Shown here piece by piece: positions 25,279-36,056 of a DNA stretch of 64,000 nt (within the stretch, counting starts at the first letter, position 1; each line of letters starts with the position of its first letter). The position numbers were made by a program, and so were the translations under genes. A model generated the notes under the pieces. The model was not told where the DNA came from and searched no databases. It saw nothing but the letters and a program-made list of their open reading frames with translations. Source of the stretch: Hyaloraphidium curvatum SAG 235-1 (Eukaryota; Fungi; Monoblepharomycota); contig JAIVFI010000016.1 of the NCBI GenBank assembly GCA_025558095.1, forward strand, positions 620,001 to 684,000. The letters run 5' to 3'.

Positions 25279-27149
25279 CTACACGTGGCCGTTCCCTTCG
25301 TGTTCGTGCTCCGGGATCCGATGCATGTTGCCCGAAGTCTGGAGGGCCGGAGTGCGGGGGCGCGTCGAAGACGTCGACGAATCCGAGTCGTCTCCAGACT
25401 CGCCATGGAGAAGCGGCTCGCCGCCCTCCCCTGTCCGTCGCCGCCGGGGCTTCTTCCGCCCGGCGCGGGGCAAAGCCGACGGTTCCGCTGCGCCCGTCGG
25501 CGCGAGCTCCACATCGTCCTTGGTTTCCTCGGGGAAAGGCCGCCGGAAACCGGTGAAAAAGTAGAGCACGAAGCCCACGATCAGCCACGCGAGCAATCGC
25601 AGCGCCGTGCCCCAACCCGCCCCGACCAGGAGCGCGAGCGACGATCCCGCGCCGAGGATCGGTATCGTCCAGCCCAGCGGCACCTTGAACAGCCGTTCCC
25701 TCCCGGGCTCCAGCTTCCTCATCACGGGCACCGCCACGCAGACCACGAAAAAGGCGAGCAGCGTGCCCGCGGACGTCAGGCTCGCCAGCACCGAAATGGG
25801 CAGCAGCGCCGCCATGATCGCCGCCAGCATCCCTGCCGCGATGGTCGATATCCACGGCGTCCTGAACCGCGGATGCAGCCCGGCCAGCACCTGCGGCAGC
25901 AGCCCGTCCGCCGCCATCGTCCCCGCCACCCGCCCGATCCCCATGATCCCCGTGAGGCAGGTGCTGGCCAGCCCGCAGAGGGCGCCGAAATCCACGAGCG
26001 GCTCGAGCCAGGCGATGCCCGTGGCGCGGATGCCGACGGCGATGGGGTGGTCGCCCTCGAGCTCGGTGTAGGGCACGAGGCCGGTGAGGACGAGGGCGAC
26101 GAGGATGTAGAGGAACGTCGAGAGGGTGAGGGAGAGGATGATGGAGATGGGGAGGGAGACGGCGGGGTCGACGGATTCCTGAGCGACGGTCGAGACCGAG
26201 TCTGCATGTTGCCAGGTACGAGAGTCAGAGAAAGAGATGACGGACGCGAGCCAAGAGGGCCCACCGAAGCCAATGTACGCAAAGAACACGACGCTGGCCG
26301 CGCGGAAGACGCCCCGCGCGCCGTACCGGTCTCCGCCCTCGTTCGCCGGCACAAACGGCTGCCAGTTGGCAGGGTTGACGAACGCGGCTCCCGCAGCTAT
26401 AAAGATGACGATGACGACGACCTTGACGCCCACGCTGAAGGCGTTCAGGGCCGAGGACTCCTTGATCCCCACCACCAGCACGGCGGTGAGGGCCAGGAGG
26501 AGCAGGACGGCCGGGAGATCAAAGTAGCCGCCCGTGACGACAAACTGCTGCGCCCGCTCGTCGTAAATAAGCGGCGGCTGGGTCAGCGGTCCCTCGACGG
26601 TCAGGCCAAAGGCGGCGTAGGTGAAGGCGGAGAGATAGCCCGAAAAGCTGACGGCGACAGTGGCCGAGGCGACAATGTACTCCAGCAGCAGCGTCCACCC
26701 GACACACCACGCCACGAGTTCGCCCAGAGACGCGTAGGAGTAGGTCTGGCGCGAAGGGCGTGCCACGTCAGGCACCAGCACGAAAGTGCAGCAGATAACG
26801 ACTCACGTAGGCTGATCCCGAGCACGGAAGCAGGCCTGCGAGCTCCGCATAGCACAGAGCGGAAAACGCGGCCACGGTGCCGGCAATGACGAAGGACAGC
26901 ACGATAGCCGGGCCCGCATGGTCCGCAGCTGCCTGCCCCGTCAACACGAACACGCCGGCGCCGATAATCGAGCCCAGGCTCAGCAGCGTGAGATCCCACC
27001 ACCGCAGTGAGCGGGAGTACGCGCCCGTGGACGCGTGTTTGAGGCTGCAATGGGCACGTCGGCCTCGGAACGACCGCGGTTTGAAAGAGCGCGTTGGCCC
27101 ACATCTCATCGACCGGCTTGCGGTAAAGGAGCCGGCGCCAGTGGAGCAT
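25279..27149 (-). CDS. Cationic amino acid transporter (APC family), multi-exon
   Basis: GSIIGAGVFVLTG, AGPAIVLSF, CYAELA, GSAYTYSY, FFAYIGFD, HPRFRTP. Confidence 0.94.
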
Positions 27150-27418
27150 AGCTCGGCATCTGGCCGCCGATGCCGCGGTTTCCAGCGGCAACCAACCCGT
27201 CGAGCGGAGTTACGTGTGCGAGTTGTTTGGGTTCCGGCCGCCAGCAGAGCAGGGCGGCAGGGCCGGATGAGAATGGATCAACTTCAACCTTGAGCTCGCG
27301 AATTCCGAGTTTCATGGCCTTCTCATCAATCAAGCAAACGAGGTCATACAACGTCTAGGTCATCCCGTGGCGGAGAAATGTACAGTTGGTGCTCAGATGC
27401 AGCTTCTGGTCCTTCTAG

Positions 27419-27953
27419 CTAGACTGGAACAAGCATCTGCGGCAGCAAATCACATGGTTAGCGAGATTGAGAGAACAAGCAGGACAAGAAACCCACTCGA
27501 ATCCTGATGGCGCTGTTCTTCGGCTTCCCGTTCTCGTCGTACTCGACGAAGCGCTCGGATTTGGGCCTCTCCCCGCCGGCATAGCCCGCATCGTGCCACA
27601 GAACCAGCCTGTTCCACACCATCCAGGTGGTCGCCCCGGCGGCGAGACCCCAGACCATATGTCGTGCACGGCGGGTTGGCATTGTCGAGGAGAAGGAGAC
27701 CAGCCAGTGGGCGACGGGGGCTCCCGCGACGACGACCAAGTAGATCCAGGGTATCTCTCGTTGCGGCTTCACCTGGTAGAAGCGGTGGCGCTGTTAATGA
27801 GGCGACGTTGGACCTTCGAAGGGACTCTCCGCCCACCTCGCCCAAGACCGACCGCATTTCCTTCGTTGCGTACTTATAGTCCGGAATCCCCTCGTCGTAC
27901 ACATCGCGCTGCTTCTGCAGCGGGTTCGGGCGCTGGCTCAGCGAGTTTCCCAT
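27419..27953 (-). CDS. Small hypothetical membrane protein (3 exons)
   Basis: MGNSLS start (myristoylation-like); two TM-like segments; GT-AG introns join in frame. Confidence 0.6.
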
Positions 27954-28111
27954 GGTTTCTTGGTTGAAGATTGTCGGCGGGCTGCTTGACTCAATCCGCG
28001 GGTTTCCGCTGGCGCTGACAAATCCGTTGTTCCCCTTCCCGGAACCGCCGTTCTCCCGAAAGAAGCCGCGAAGAAAGTTCCTTGAATGCTCGTTGTATTT
28101 CTCTTCGTGCG

Positions 28112-29110
28112 ATGAGCTCGACGATGAGTCGGCAGCGAGCCCTGTGGACACCGGAACTCGTTGGAGCGCGGTCCTACCGAAACCACGCTCGAACACGTCG
28201 AAAACCTTCAACCCGACCACTTCCTTTCTTGATCCTAATAATTGGGACCCTGGTTGCTCCGATCTGCGCCGCCAGCACCTCCTTTCTTCAGGACAGCGTG
28301 TCGCGCCGCCTGGTTTCCACTTCCCACGCGGTCATCCTTCGCCTCGAGACGACGCGCTACACGTACGCGACGGTGCAAGTGTGCGCTCCTCCGTACCTCG
28401 TTCTCCAGCCGTCGAGCGGGCAATGCGCCGAGCTGCCGGACATTCATCGGCTTCCCTCTCGGAAACTGGACGCAGCGGCCTCGTGCTCGTCATGGATGGT
28501 TTACCTCCTATTCCGAACATCCAGGCCACATTACGACGCCTTGGTCGAGTTTCAACGGACCTCGCCTCTCGTCGGATCGGATGAAAGGGACGGCGTGCCG
28601 AAAGCTTCTGTTTGGCATCGCCTGTTTTCTCGCGGCGCTCGCGGCGCTCTCGGGAAGCTGTTCTCCTCGATACACTCGATCGCCGAGGTCACGGAGGGGG
28701 ACATCGTTGTCTACTGCCTCGAGAGCTGGTGCAATGGTGTCCGCCCAGATCCTCCGCGGGATTCCGGGCACATGGGGCTTGTTGTTGGCCTCCCGATTGC
28801 CCTCGATGCCGCGCCGGACGATCACCCGGGCCTTGCTCCAGGCTTGTCGCTTTTCCTTCTCCCGCTCGCGGATGCCTCGTGCATCGAGCACGAGCGGATT
28901 CCGGGCCTCTTTCCGGGCCCGCGAACATTCGTCCCGGGCAAATGCCTGGGTACTGGCGGTGTTGGCGCGGGGGCAATGTACTTTGCTGCCGATCGCGAAG
29001 GCAAGGTGAGGCAGTTCGGCTTCAGGCGCGGTGCAAGGATGCATCCGGCGTTCGGATCCGCGGAAAGGGTCGAATTTGCCATGGGAAGACTCTTGGATGT
29101 GTCGCCATGA
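28112..29110 (+). CDS. Secreted NlpC/P60 (papain-like) cysteine amidase-like protein, intronless
   Basis: Hydrophobic signal FLILIIGTLVAPICAA; ASCSSWMVYLL (DCSG-like catalytic Cys), GDIVVY, DSGHMGLVVG (catalytic His). Confidence 0.7.
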   Translation: MSSTMSRQRALWTPELVGARSYRNHARTRRKPSTRPLPFLILIIGTLVAPICAASTSFLQDSVSRRLVSTSHAVILRLETTRYTYATVQVCAPPYLVLQPSSGQCAELPDIHRLPSRKLDAAASCSSWMVYLLFRTSRPHYDALVEFQRTSPLVGSDERDGVPKASVWHRLFSRGARGALGKLFSSIHSIAEVTEGDIVVYCLESWCNGVRPDPPRDSGHMGLVVGLPIALDAAPDDHPGLAPGLSLFLLPLADASCIEHERIPGLFPGPRTFVPGKCLGTGGVGAGAMYFAADREGKVRQFGFRRGARMHPAFGSAERVEFAMGRLLDVSP

Positions 29111-29374
29111 AGTGCACTTGCGCGATCGAGGGGTCGTTTACTTTTCGCTGCTTGGCACGTTCGTTTTGAGCCCCATCGCGCCTCGAATCCTTTCGCCATG
29201 ACACTAACAACGCGTTCAAGAATCTTGGTTCCATAATTGATTTGGCCGAGCGCAATGCTTGAGGCTCTGGGTGTGTCGGGTCCGGCTTCCGAAGTTTAGC
29301 CGACCGCGCCCGATGGCCGGGTCCGCCGAACCCCGCGCTTCAGCTCGACATCGCCTTCCCACTCGCTCGCCGCC

Positions 29375-30117
29375 ATGTCCGACCTCACCTCCATCCCGCT
29401 GAAGACCATTAACGGCAAGGACGACTCGCTCGCGAACCACGAGAAGGTCCTGCTCGTCGTGAACGTCGCCTCCAAGTGGGTATCCAGAAGATGGGGAAGG
29501 AGGAAGACGGGCGAACGCTGCCGACCGCAGCCAACCGCGCCAATGTCGCCGCCGCCGCCGCGAGCACCGGAGCAGGAGGAGGAGGAGAGCGGGACAAAAG
29601 CAAATCTTGACCCTCCACGTCTCCCAGGTGCGGCCTGACCCCGCAGTACAAGGGCCTCGAGTCGCTGTACAACAAGTACAAGGCCCAGGGCTTCGAGGTC
29701 CTCGGGTTCCCGGCGAACGACTTTGGCGCCCAGGAGCCCGGCACCCACGGCGAGATCATCGAGTTCTGCAAGAAGAACTACGGCGTCTCGTTCCCGCTGT
29801 TCGAGAAGCAGGATGTGACTGGAGAGGGCAAGCAGCCCCTGTACAAGGCACTCATCGATGCCAAGCCCGAGAAGGTCGGCCCCGCCGAGGAGTTCCGCAC
29901 CGCGCTCAAGGGCTACGGTATCAACCCCACTGCCGACCCCGAGATCCTCTGGTGGGTTCCAGCACCCGTATGGCCGGATCCCAAGCTGATCTGCTGGAAC
30001 AGGAACTTCGAAAAATTCCTCGTCAAGGACGGCAAGGTGGTTGAGCGGTTCGCACCCAACGTGGCTCCCGAGGACCCTATTCTGGTGGAGGCCGTCGAGG
30101 CGGCGCTGGCCGCGTGA
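29375..30117 (+). CDS. Glutathione peroxidase, Cys-type, BtuE-like (introns 29476-29627 and about 29952-30002)
   Basis: VVNVASKCGLTPQY, LGFPANDFGAQEPG, ILWNFEKFLV. Confidence 0.95.
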
Positions 30118-30245
30118 TCTTGTTGTGAAAGCTAATACGACGGCGGGTCACCCAAACGACTGGGACGTGAGGAATCAGAGTGTGCGGTCCGATCGAGTCT
30201 GATGCCGCCAAGCCACCGTTCCGCCGTTGTCCCCCACATCGTGAA

Positions 30246-32017
30246 ATGACGACGAACGCTGCCAATACGAATCTTGGCGCGAAAGGACTGCTATGGAGCC
30301 AGGTGGTGGCCCAGCGTGGCGCCCAAACAGCTCCCAGCGTTCCACAAAGGCGGGGGGCGCCGAGTCCCCTCCCCTTGGTTCCCTGCGCGATCCGCGCGGC
30401 CGATCCCGAACGGGAGCCCGGCAGAGCCAGAGAATCACTGGAAGACCAACAGCCCGTGTATATCTTTTGCGATTCTTCCAACGTTTTCCGCTCGGGAAGG
30501 GACCTCGCAGCGCAACGCCGGAGTGCCTCGCTGGGCCGGCCCTCGACACCATCGCCCACGAGCGCGGGGACGCCACATCCGCCGAGCAATTTGAACTGGC
30601 GTTTGAACTATGGCGCTTTGTTGAACCTGCTTTCCCGGCCACCACGGGACCGCAACCTTAAGAAGGCATTGCTTTTCGGAGTGAGACTCGACTGGCTTGC
30701 TTGACGCCACTGTCCCGCTGATTCTCCACAGTCTGGCAGCGATGAGGAGTTTCCAAAGGCCCTGGCAAGAGCAGGGTGGGAGTACGACCTCGTGGAGCCC
30801 GACCCCAACCGCACCGTGGAGAAGGAAGTCGACGTGCGGATGAGCAACGCCATGCTTTCGTTCGCGTACGAAGTCAAGTATGAGTCCAAAGCTCATGCTG
30901 ATTGCATCGTTTGCGTCGTCACGGGTGACCGGGACTTCCTCGACACCGTGCGGCGGATAAGGGTCCTGCTTCCTAACGCAACCATCGAACTTTGGAGCTG
31001 GGATCATTCGGTGGCGGATGTCTATCGGCACATGGAGCAAATCGACCTCAAGTGGGTGCCATCCTGCTTTGGCAGTCGAGGAGTCGCTGACAGTCTGGGT
31101 CACTGTACATCAGCTTTCTCGATCACCACTTGGAAGAGCTGGAGTTTTACAACGGCGTCTGGGACCGGAGATACGGCGAAATCAGGCACGATAGGGCGTA
31201 TGTGCTCTGCAATATCTCAAGGGACAGTCCCGGTGTGATGGCCTGGCGCCATACCCTCGGAAGCACCTTCTGCCACCTGCAGGTGGATGACGATCTCATC
31301 ATCATCGCACTTGAGGATCTTGGAACTGACAACCTTTCGCGGTTTGTTGTTGACGCACAGCACCACTTGGATGCCAGCAAACCAAACTCTGGAGTTGTCT
31401 CCAAACCGTTCATGACTTACAATCAGGAACGGCAGCAGTCGAGGCCTCCACCACTGCCACTCACCAGGGCATCAAGTGTTGCCAGCATCGCTAGCAGCAG
31501 CGGCTATGGACGGAGACCCATTAGCCGCCTGGAAACACCTCCGAATCACAATCGGTTTGTAGTGGTGGATTCGGGGGGGTTCACCCTGAATCAGAAGACA
31601 AAGCCAAAGGTAGGCATCGAGCATCTGTTGAGATACCGGTCCATTGTCTTCAGAGTGACACCTGCTGTGACCGTGACCCTCCAGACAACGATGCCAAATC
31701 AGCAAAAGTGCCAATTCGGATGCTTTTGCGACAGGATCGCCAGGGACGAGCATTGCGGCTTCTTCCACGAAGACGAGTGGTTGACATTCATTCGAGTGAA
31801 TATCGGCCAGCTCAGGACGTTGTATCTGAAGCGATTTCCGTGTCATCCAGACAAGTGCAGGTTCAATGGGGACCACACGAAGTGCAAGTACTACCACGAG
31901 GGAAAGGAAGACCGCCTTTGCACATGGTGCCGCAAACAGCACAGTCCGAGCTGCTACGAGGATTACCAAAAGGAGCAGCGGCAGAAGTCCCGAGTGAAGA
32001 CCAACAGAAAGGAATAG
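30246..32017 (+). CDS. NYN (LabA/DUF88 PIN-like) ribonuclease with C-terminal CCCH zinc fingers (2 introns)
   Basis: YIFCDSSNV, EKEVDVRM, VVTGDRDF, IELWSW; CQFGCFC..CGFFH, CHPDKC..CKYYH, CTWCRKQHSPSC. Confidence 0.85.
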
Positions 32018-32021
32018 AAAG

Positions 32022-32510
32022 TCACAGCCGGCCCTCCTCCACCCCCGGCCATCGCTTTGCGCCATCGTCCCCGGTCAACCGAGCCCAAACAGGGACCTCC
32101 TCGTCCGGCGCAACGAAGATCCGGTGTGCGACGGCAAACCCATCCAAGTCCGACCCCGTTTCAACCGTCCCGACGCGGAGCCGCACGACATCCGGCTTGT
32201 CGGGCCGGTACGAGTAAAGTCCCGTGCCGCAGATCGCGCAGAACACCCTGGCTTTCTGTCCCGGTGTGGAAAAGTACTCGGTCGCGGTCCCGCCTTCCCT
32301 CGCCAGCACGTTGCCCCGTTCCCAGACGAGTCCGGATGAAAGTACCGCCAGCACGCCCAATCCGCCACCGCCGGCAATGCTGCCCTGAGTTCGGCACTGA
32401 GAGCATTGGCAGCAGGTGATGCCGGCGGGCAAATGGCCGTTGTAGGAGAACGCGTTCGCCCGGCAAAGGCACGATCCTCGGAACGAGTAGAAGCGGCCCG
32501 GATCCGCCAT
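32022..32510 (-). CDS. GFA/CENP-V family (Mss4-like) protein
   Basis: GSCLC, CCQCSQCR, RVFCAICGT, HRIFV...PVW. Confidence 0.9.
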   Translation of the reverse strand: MADPGRFYSFRGSCLCRANAFSYNGHLPAGITCCQCSQCRTQGSIAGGGGLGVLAVLSSGLVWERGNVLAREGGTATEYFSTPGQKARVFCAICGTGLYSYRPDKPDVVRLRVGTVETGSDLDGFAVAHRIFVAPDEEVPVWARLTGDDGAKRWPGVEEGRL

Positions 32511-32650
32511 CGTGAGGGGAAAGGACGCGCTAAGCACGCGTTTTCAGGCCCGATTGGTCGGAAAGAGACGGGAACCCGCGATTGCTTCAGCCTGCGTTGT
32601 TCGATCGCGCGCGGCGGAGTTTCAGCGGAGTCCACAAGAAGCACGCCGCG

Positions 32651-34390
32651 ATGTACAGCCAGTATCGCGTCACGTACCAATTGCGGTGAGGGCAATTGTC
32701 AGTCTTGTTCGATAGCAGGGGGCTGAACGTCTCCCCGCCCCCCTGCTTCGTCTCGACCTCCAACTAGTGCCCATAAACGCGATGCCCTCATCGAGTTCAT
32801 CAAGAGCCTCCTACTTACGCCCTTTGTCTTGCACTTGCAGCCCTACACGAGCACGCTTCGGGATCCGACCATCCCGAGGGGCCTTGGCCTGGACATTACT
32901 GGTGACGCCGCCGGGGACGCGACGCCGAGCCCGTTGCGCGTCAACACGGAGCCGGGCGACGCGAGCCCCCTATCCGCGAAGCGCGGCGGCTCCCACGACG
33001 GCGACCCCGTCGTCCGCCGCTACTCGGAGATCTTCCGCGCGCTCGAACAGCTCGTCGACGACCACCGCGCGCACCAGGAGCTCGGCACCCCCGAGCTGAG
33101 CAAGCTTTTCCGCCTCGTTCCCAGCATCGGCACCTTCTTCACCCCGTTGCCGCTGCGGGACGCGTTCCTGCGACAGAACCGGCTGCGCTCCATCGCGGGG
33201 AGACGCAACGTGCCGCCGAGCTTTAACGACGTCAGACATGTCTTGAATTCCGCGCAGGTTTCGGCAATCTCGCCCGGGCTAAAGCTGGTGACGTTCGATG
33301 GAGACCTGACCCTGTACGAGGATGGGGGTGCGCTCGATCCGGCATCGCCGCTCATCGCGCTTATGGGAAGGATGATGGTGGACCACGGGGTTCACATTGC
33401 GATCGTTACGGCGGCGGGATACACTGGACCGGAAGCGCCGGGGCTGTACCGAAAGTGAGCTGCTTGCGTTTCCTGCCTTGGTCTGCGCTGACAGGCACTG
33501 TTTTCCGCAGACGGCTGGGACCGCTCCTCGACCACATAGAGGCCCGCTTCAGGGCACTCGAACCAACGGCGCGGGGCGCCAAGTTCTTTGTCTTTGGCGG
33601 CGAATCCTCGTACCTCTTTTCGTTCGGCCCCTTCAAGGACCCAGCGTCGAGATGGGAGCTGCACCCCGTTCCGCCTTCCACGTGGGTCATTCTCCCATTT
33701 CATGTGCTCTCATCTTGAACAGTTGGCGCCAGATACCTTCCGCCCGAGGTTGCAGCGTGGTCACTTGATACCGCCCTTATTTCCTCCCTCTTGGACGCGG
33801 CACAGGAGAGTCTCGAAGATACCGCCTCGCTTCTCGGCCTCTCGGACTCTGTTTCGGTGATCCGCAAGCCGCGAGCAGTGGGAATCGTCCCCAAAGGCGT
33901 CAAACTCGGCCGAGAGCAGCTGGACGAGTTTGCCCTCGCCAGCCAGGACGCGCTTGGCCGGTGGGGCCGTATTCGGGAGGCCCGCGACGCGGCCGAGGGA
34001 AAGGTGCACGTCGTCGTGCCCTTCTGCGCCTTCAACGGGGGCTCCGATGTGTTCATCGACATCGGGAGCAAGCTGGTCGGCGTCCAGCTTCTGTTGAACT
34101 GGCTCGGGCTCTCCGGCGGGGAGTGCCTCCACGTCGGGGACCAGTTTTTGTCTACGGGGAACGACGTGGCGACGCGGAGGGCGTGCGCGACGGTGTGGAT
34201 CGCGAGCCCCGAGGAGACGTGGGCGTGCATGAGCGAGCTGATGGAGGCGTTGGACGGGTTCGCGGGCAAGGAGGAGGGCAGCGAGGTGTCGAGCCCCAGG
34301 TTTGCGCGGCTGCCTCTGGACACCCTGCCGCGGGCGCCTTTGTCGGCGGCCCCTTTGTCGGCTGCGCCTCTGTCGGCGACGCCTCGGTGA
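32651..34390 (+). CDS. ISN1: IMP-specific 5'-nucleotidase (multi-exon)
   Basis: MYSQYRVTYQLRAHKRDALIEFIKSLL, LVPSIGTFFTPLPL, PSFNDVRHVLN, TFDGDLTLYEDG, CAFNGGSDVFIDIG, LHVGDQF. Confidence 0.95.
34331..34385 (+). repeat. 15-bp coding tandem repeat (about 3 copies, APLSA)
   Basis: gcgcctttgtcggcg / gcccctttgtcggct / gcgcctctgtcggcg. Confidence 0.8.
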
Positions 34391-34697
34391 TCTCATCACA
34401 TGGGTCAGACTGCGATCTCGGCGGCCGCGCGTGTTAGATTCAGTGCTCGTCGAACTGTAGCGTTGCTTTCAACTGCGAATGAATCCTGAATCTTTGCCCG
34501 ATCTTGTCGCCCATCGGTGTCACGATTGTTGCGCACTGCTGTGTTCGGAAGGCGGTTGGCGGACGCACGAACAGCCCCGTCCTTTTCCCGGTTTCCTCCT
34601 ACCCTCGCCCGTCCACCGCGGAGGGCGGCAGGTCCCGCCGGACTACAGCGCCCGCCCACCGCAGATCCGCCGGCCGCAGCGCGCCGCCCCCGCCGCA

Positions 34698-35884
34698 ATG
34701 CCGTCCGGCACGCCGACCGAAACGATCCTCATCGGCCTCGCGCTGGTCGCCTTTGCCGGCCTGTGCGCTCCGCTCGGCGCGACCATCGTGCTTTTCATGA
34801 AGCCCGGCCAGACCTTCCTGCTGGTCGGCGCGATTGGCATGGTGGGCGGCACGGCTGCTGCTTCCCGCTCGCCCGGTCTCACCACCCGAACCCCCTTGTG
34901 CCTGCTCAATCCGCCGCTAATCCCCCTCTCGCCGCACGGAATTCGAAGGCCGCGGGGGTAATGATCTTTGTCTCGCTCGCCGAGATCCTGCCCGAGTCGC
35001 AGGGGGACTTGGAAAAGTGGGGCCTCTCGCCGCCGGCGGCCCAGGCACTTGCCTACACCTGTTTCGTCGGTGGCATTCCGGTGTGCTATGTGTTGGACTG
35101 GTTGGCCCGGTGGTGTGTACGGGTGGCCGTCAAGCAGGCCGACGGCAAGGTGGACGGCTGCGCTGGCCACGACGTCGAGCACGACCATGCTCACGGGCAC
35201 GGAGTCCCAGCGCTGACGAAGGAGGACATTATCCGCGAGGCGGAAAGGGACAGGGAGATTGCCGACGGCAATCTGGACGATAAGCTTGGCGCAAAGGAGG
35301 ACGGTTCGGCACCGTCGGTGGAGCGGGCGTCGGGCGTCGCCGTCTCGGAGGACGTTGTCGAGGTCCCGCAGGTCTGCTGCACCGCGCAGGCCGCCGCCGC
35401 CGCCTCCCGCTCCCCGGACCTGCTCAAAACGGGCGCCATGGTGTTCCTCTCCATGTTTTTGCACAATCTTCCGGAGGGCCTGGCCACTTTTGTTGCCTAC
35501 TGCGGCAACCCCCGCTCGGGCCTTACCATGGCGATCGCCATTGCTTTACACAACATTCCAGAGGGTTTCGCCGTCGGCGTGCCCGTCTTTTTCGCCACCG
35601 GCTCCCGCTGGAAGGCCATCGCCTGGGCCGCCGCATCGGGCGTCGCGGAACCCATCGGCGCGCTGATCGGCGTCGCCGTCGTCGCTTCGGGATCCATGAA
35701 CGCGCTCGCGATCGGGATGACCCTGGGCCTCGTTGCGGGGATCATGACAGCCGTATCGTTCTGGGAACTCATACCCTCGGCGCTGCTGAGCGGGCAGGGG
35801 GCCAGGTGGGCGGTGCCGGGGATCTTTGCGGGCATGGTGGTGATGGCAGTCAGCCTGGTGCTGCTGGGACTGTGGAAGCCGTGA
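34698..35884 (+). CDS. ZIP family zinc transporter (ZupT/GufA-like), one intron
   Basis: AAGVMIFVSLAE, His-rich loop HDHAHGH, LHNLPEG, LHNIPEG, AEPIGA. Confidence 0.93.
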
Positions 35885-36056
35885 TGGGCGTGGTGTAGCT
35901 GTACTTATTGGACATGCTTCCTGACTGAAATCTGCGGTGACCGAAGATTTGAAGGAGCGGATGACGTCCGGGGGACCGCGAATCGTCACTTCTTGCCCCG
36001 AGCAGATCCGCATCTAGGCCCTATCCGGTCCAGCGGGCACGTTCTTCTGGTGGACG

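Noticed and set aside
29470-29640. Selenocysteine in the glutathione peroxidase (some early-diverging fungi use Sec)
   Set aside because: The spliced active site reads AA|G TGC GGC CTG = K-C-G-L; the nearby TGA is out of frame
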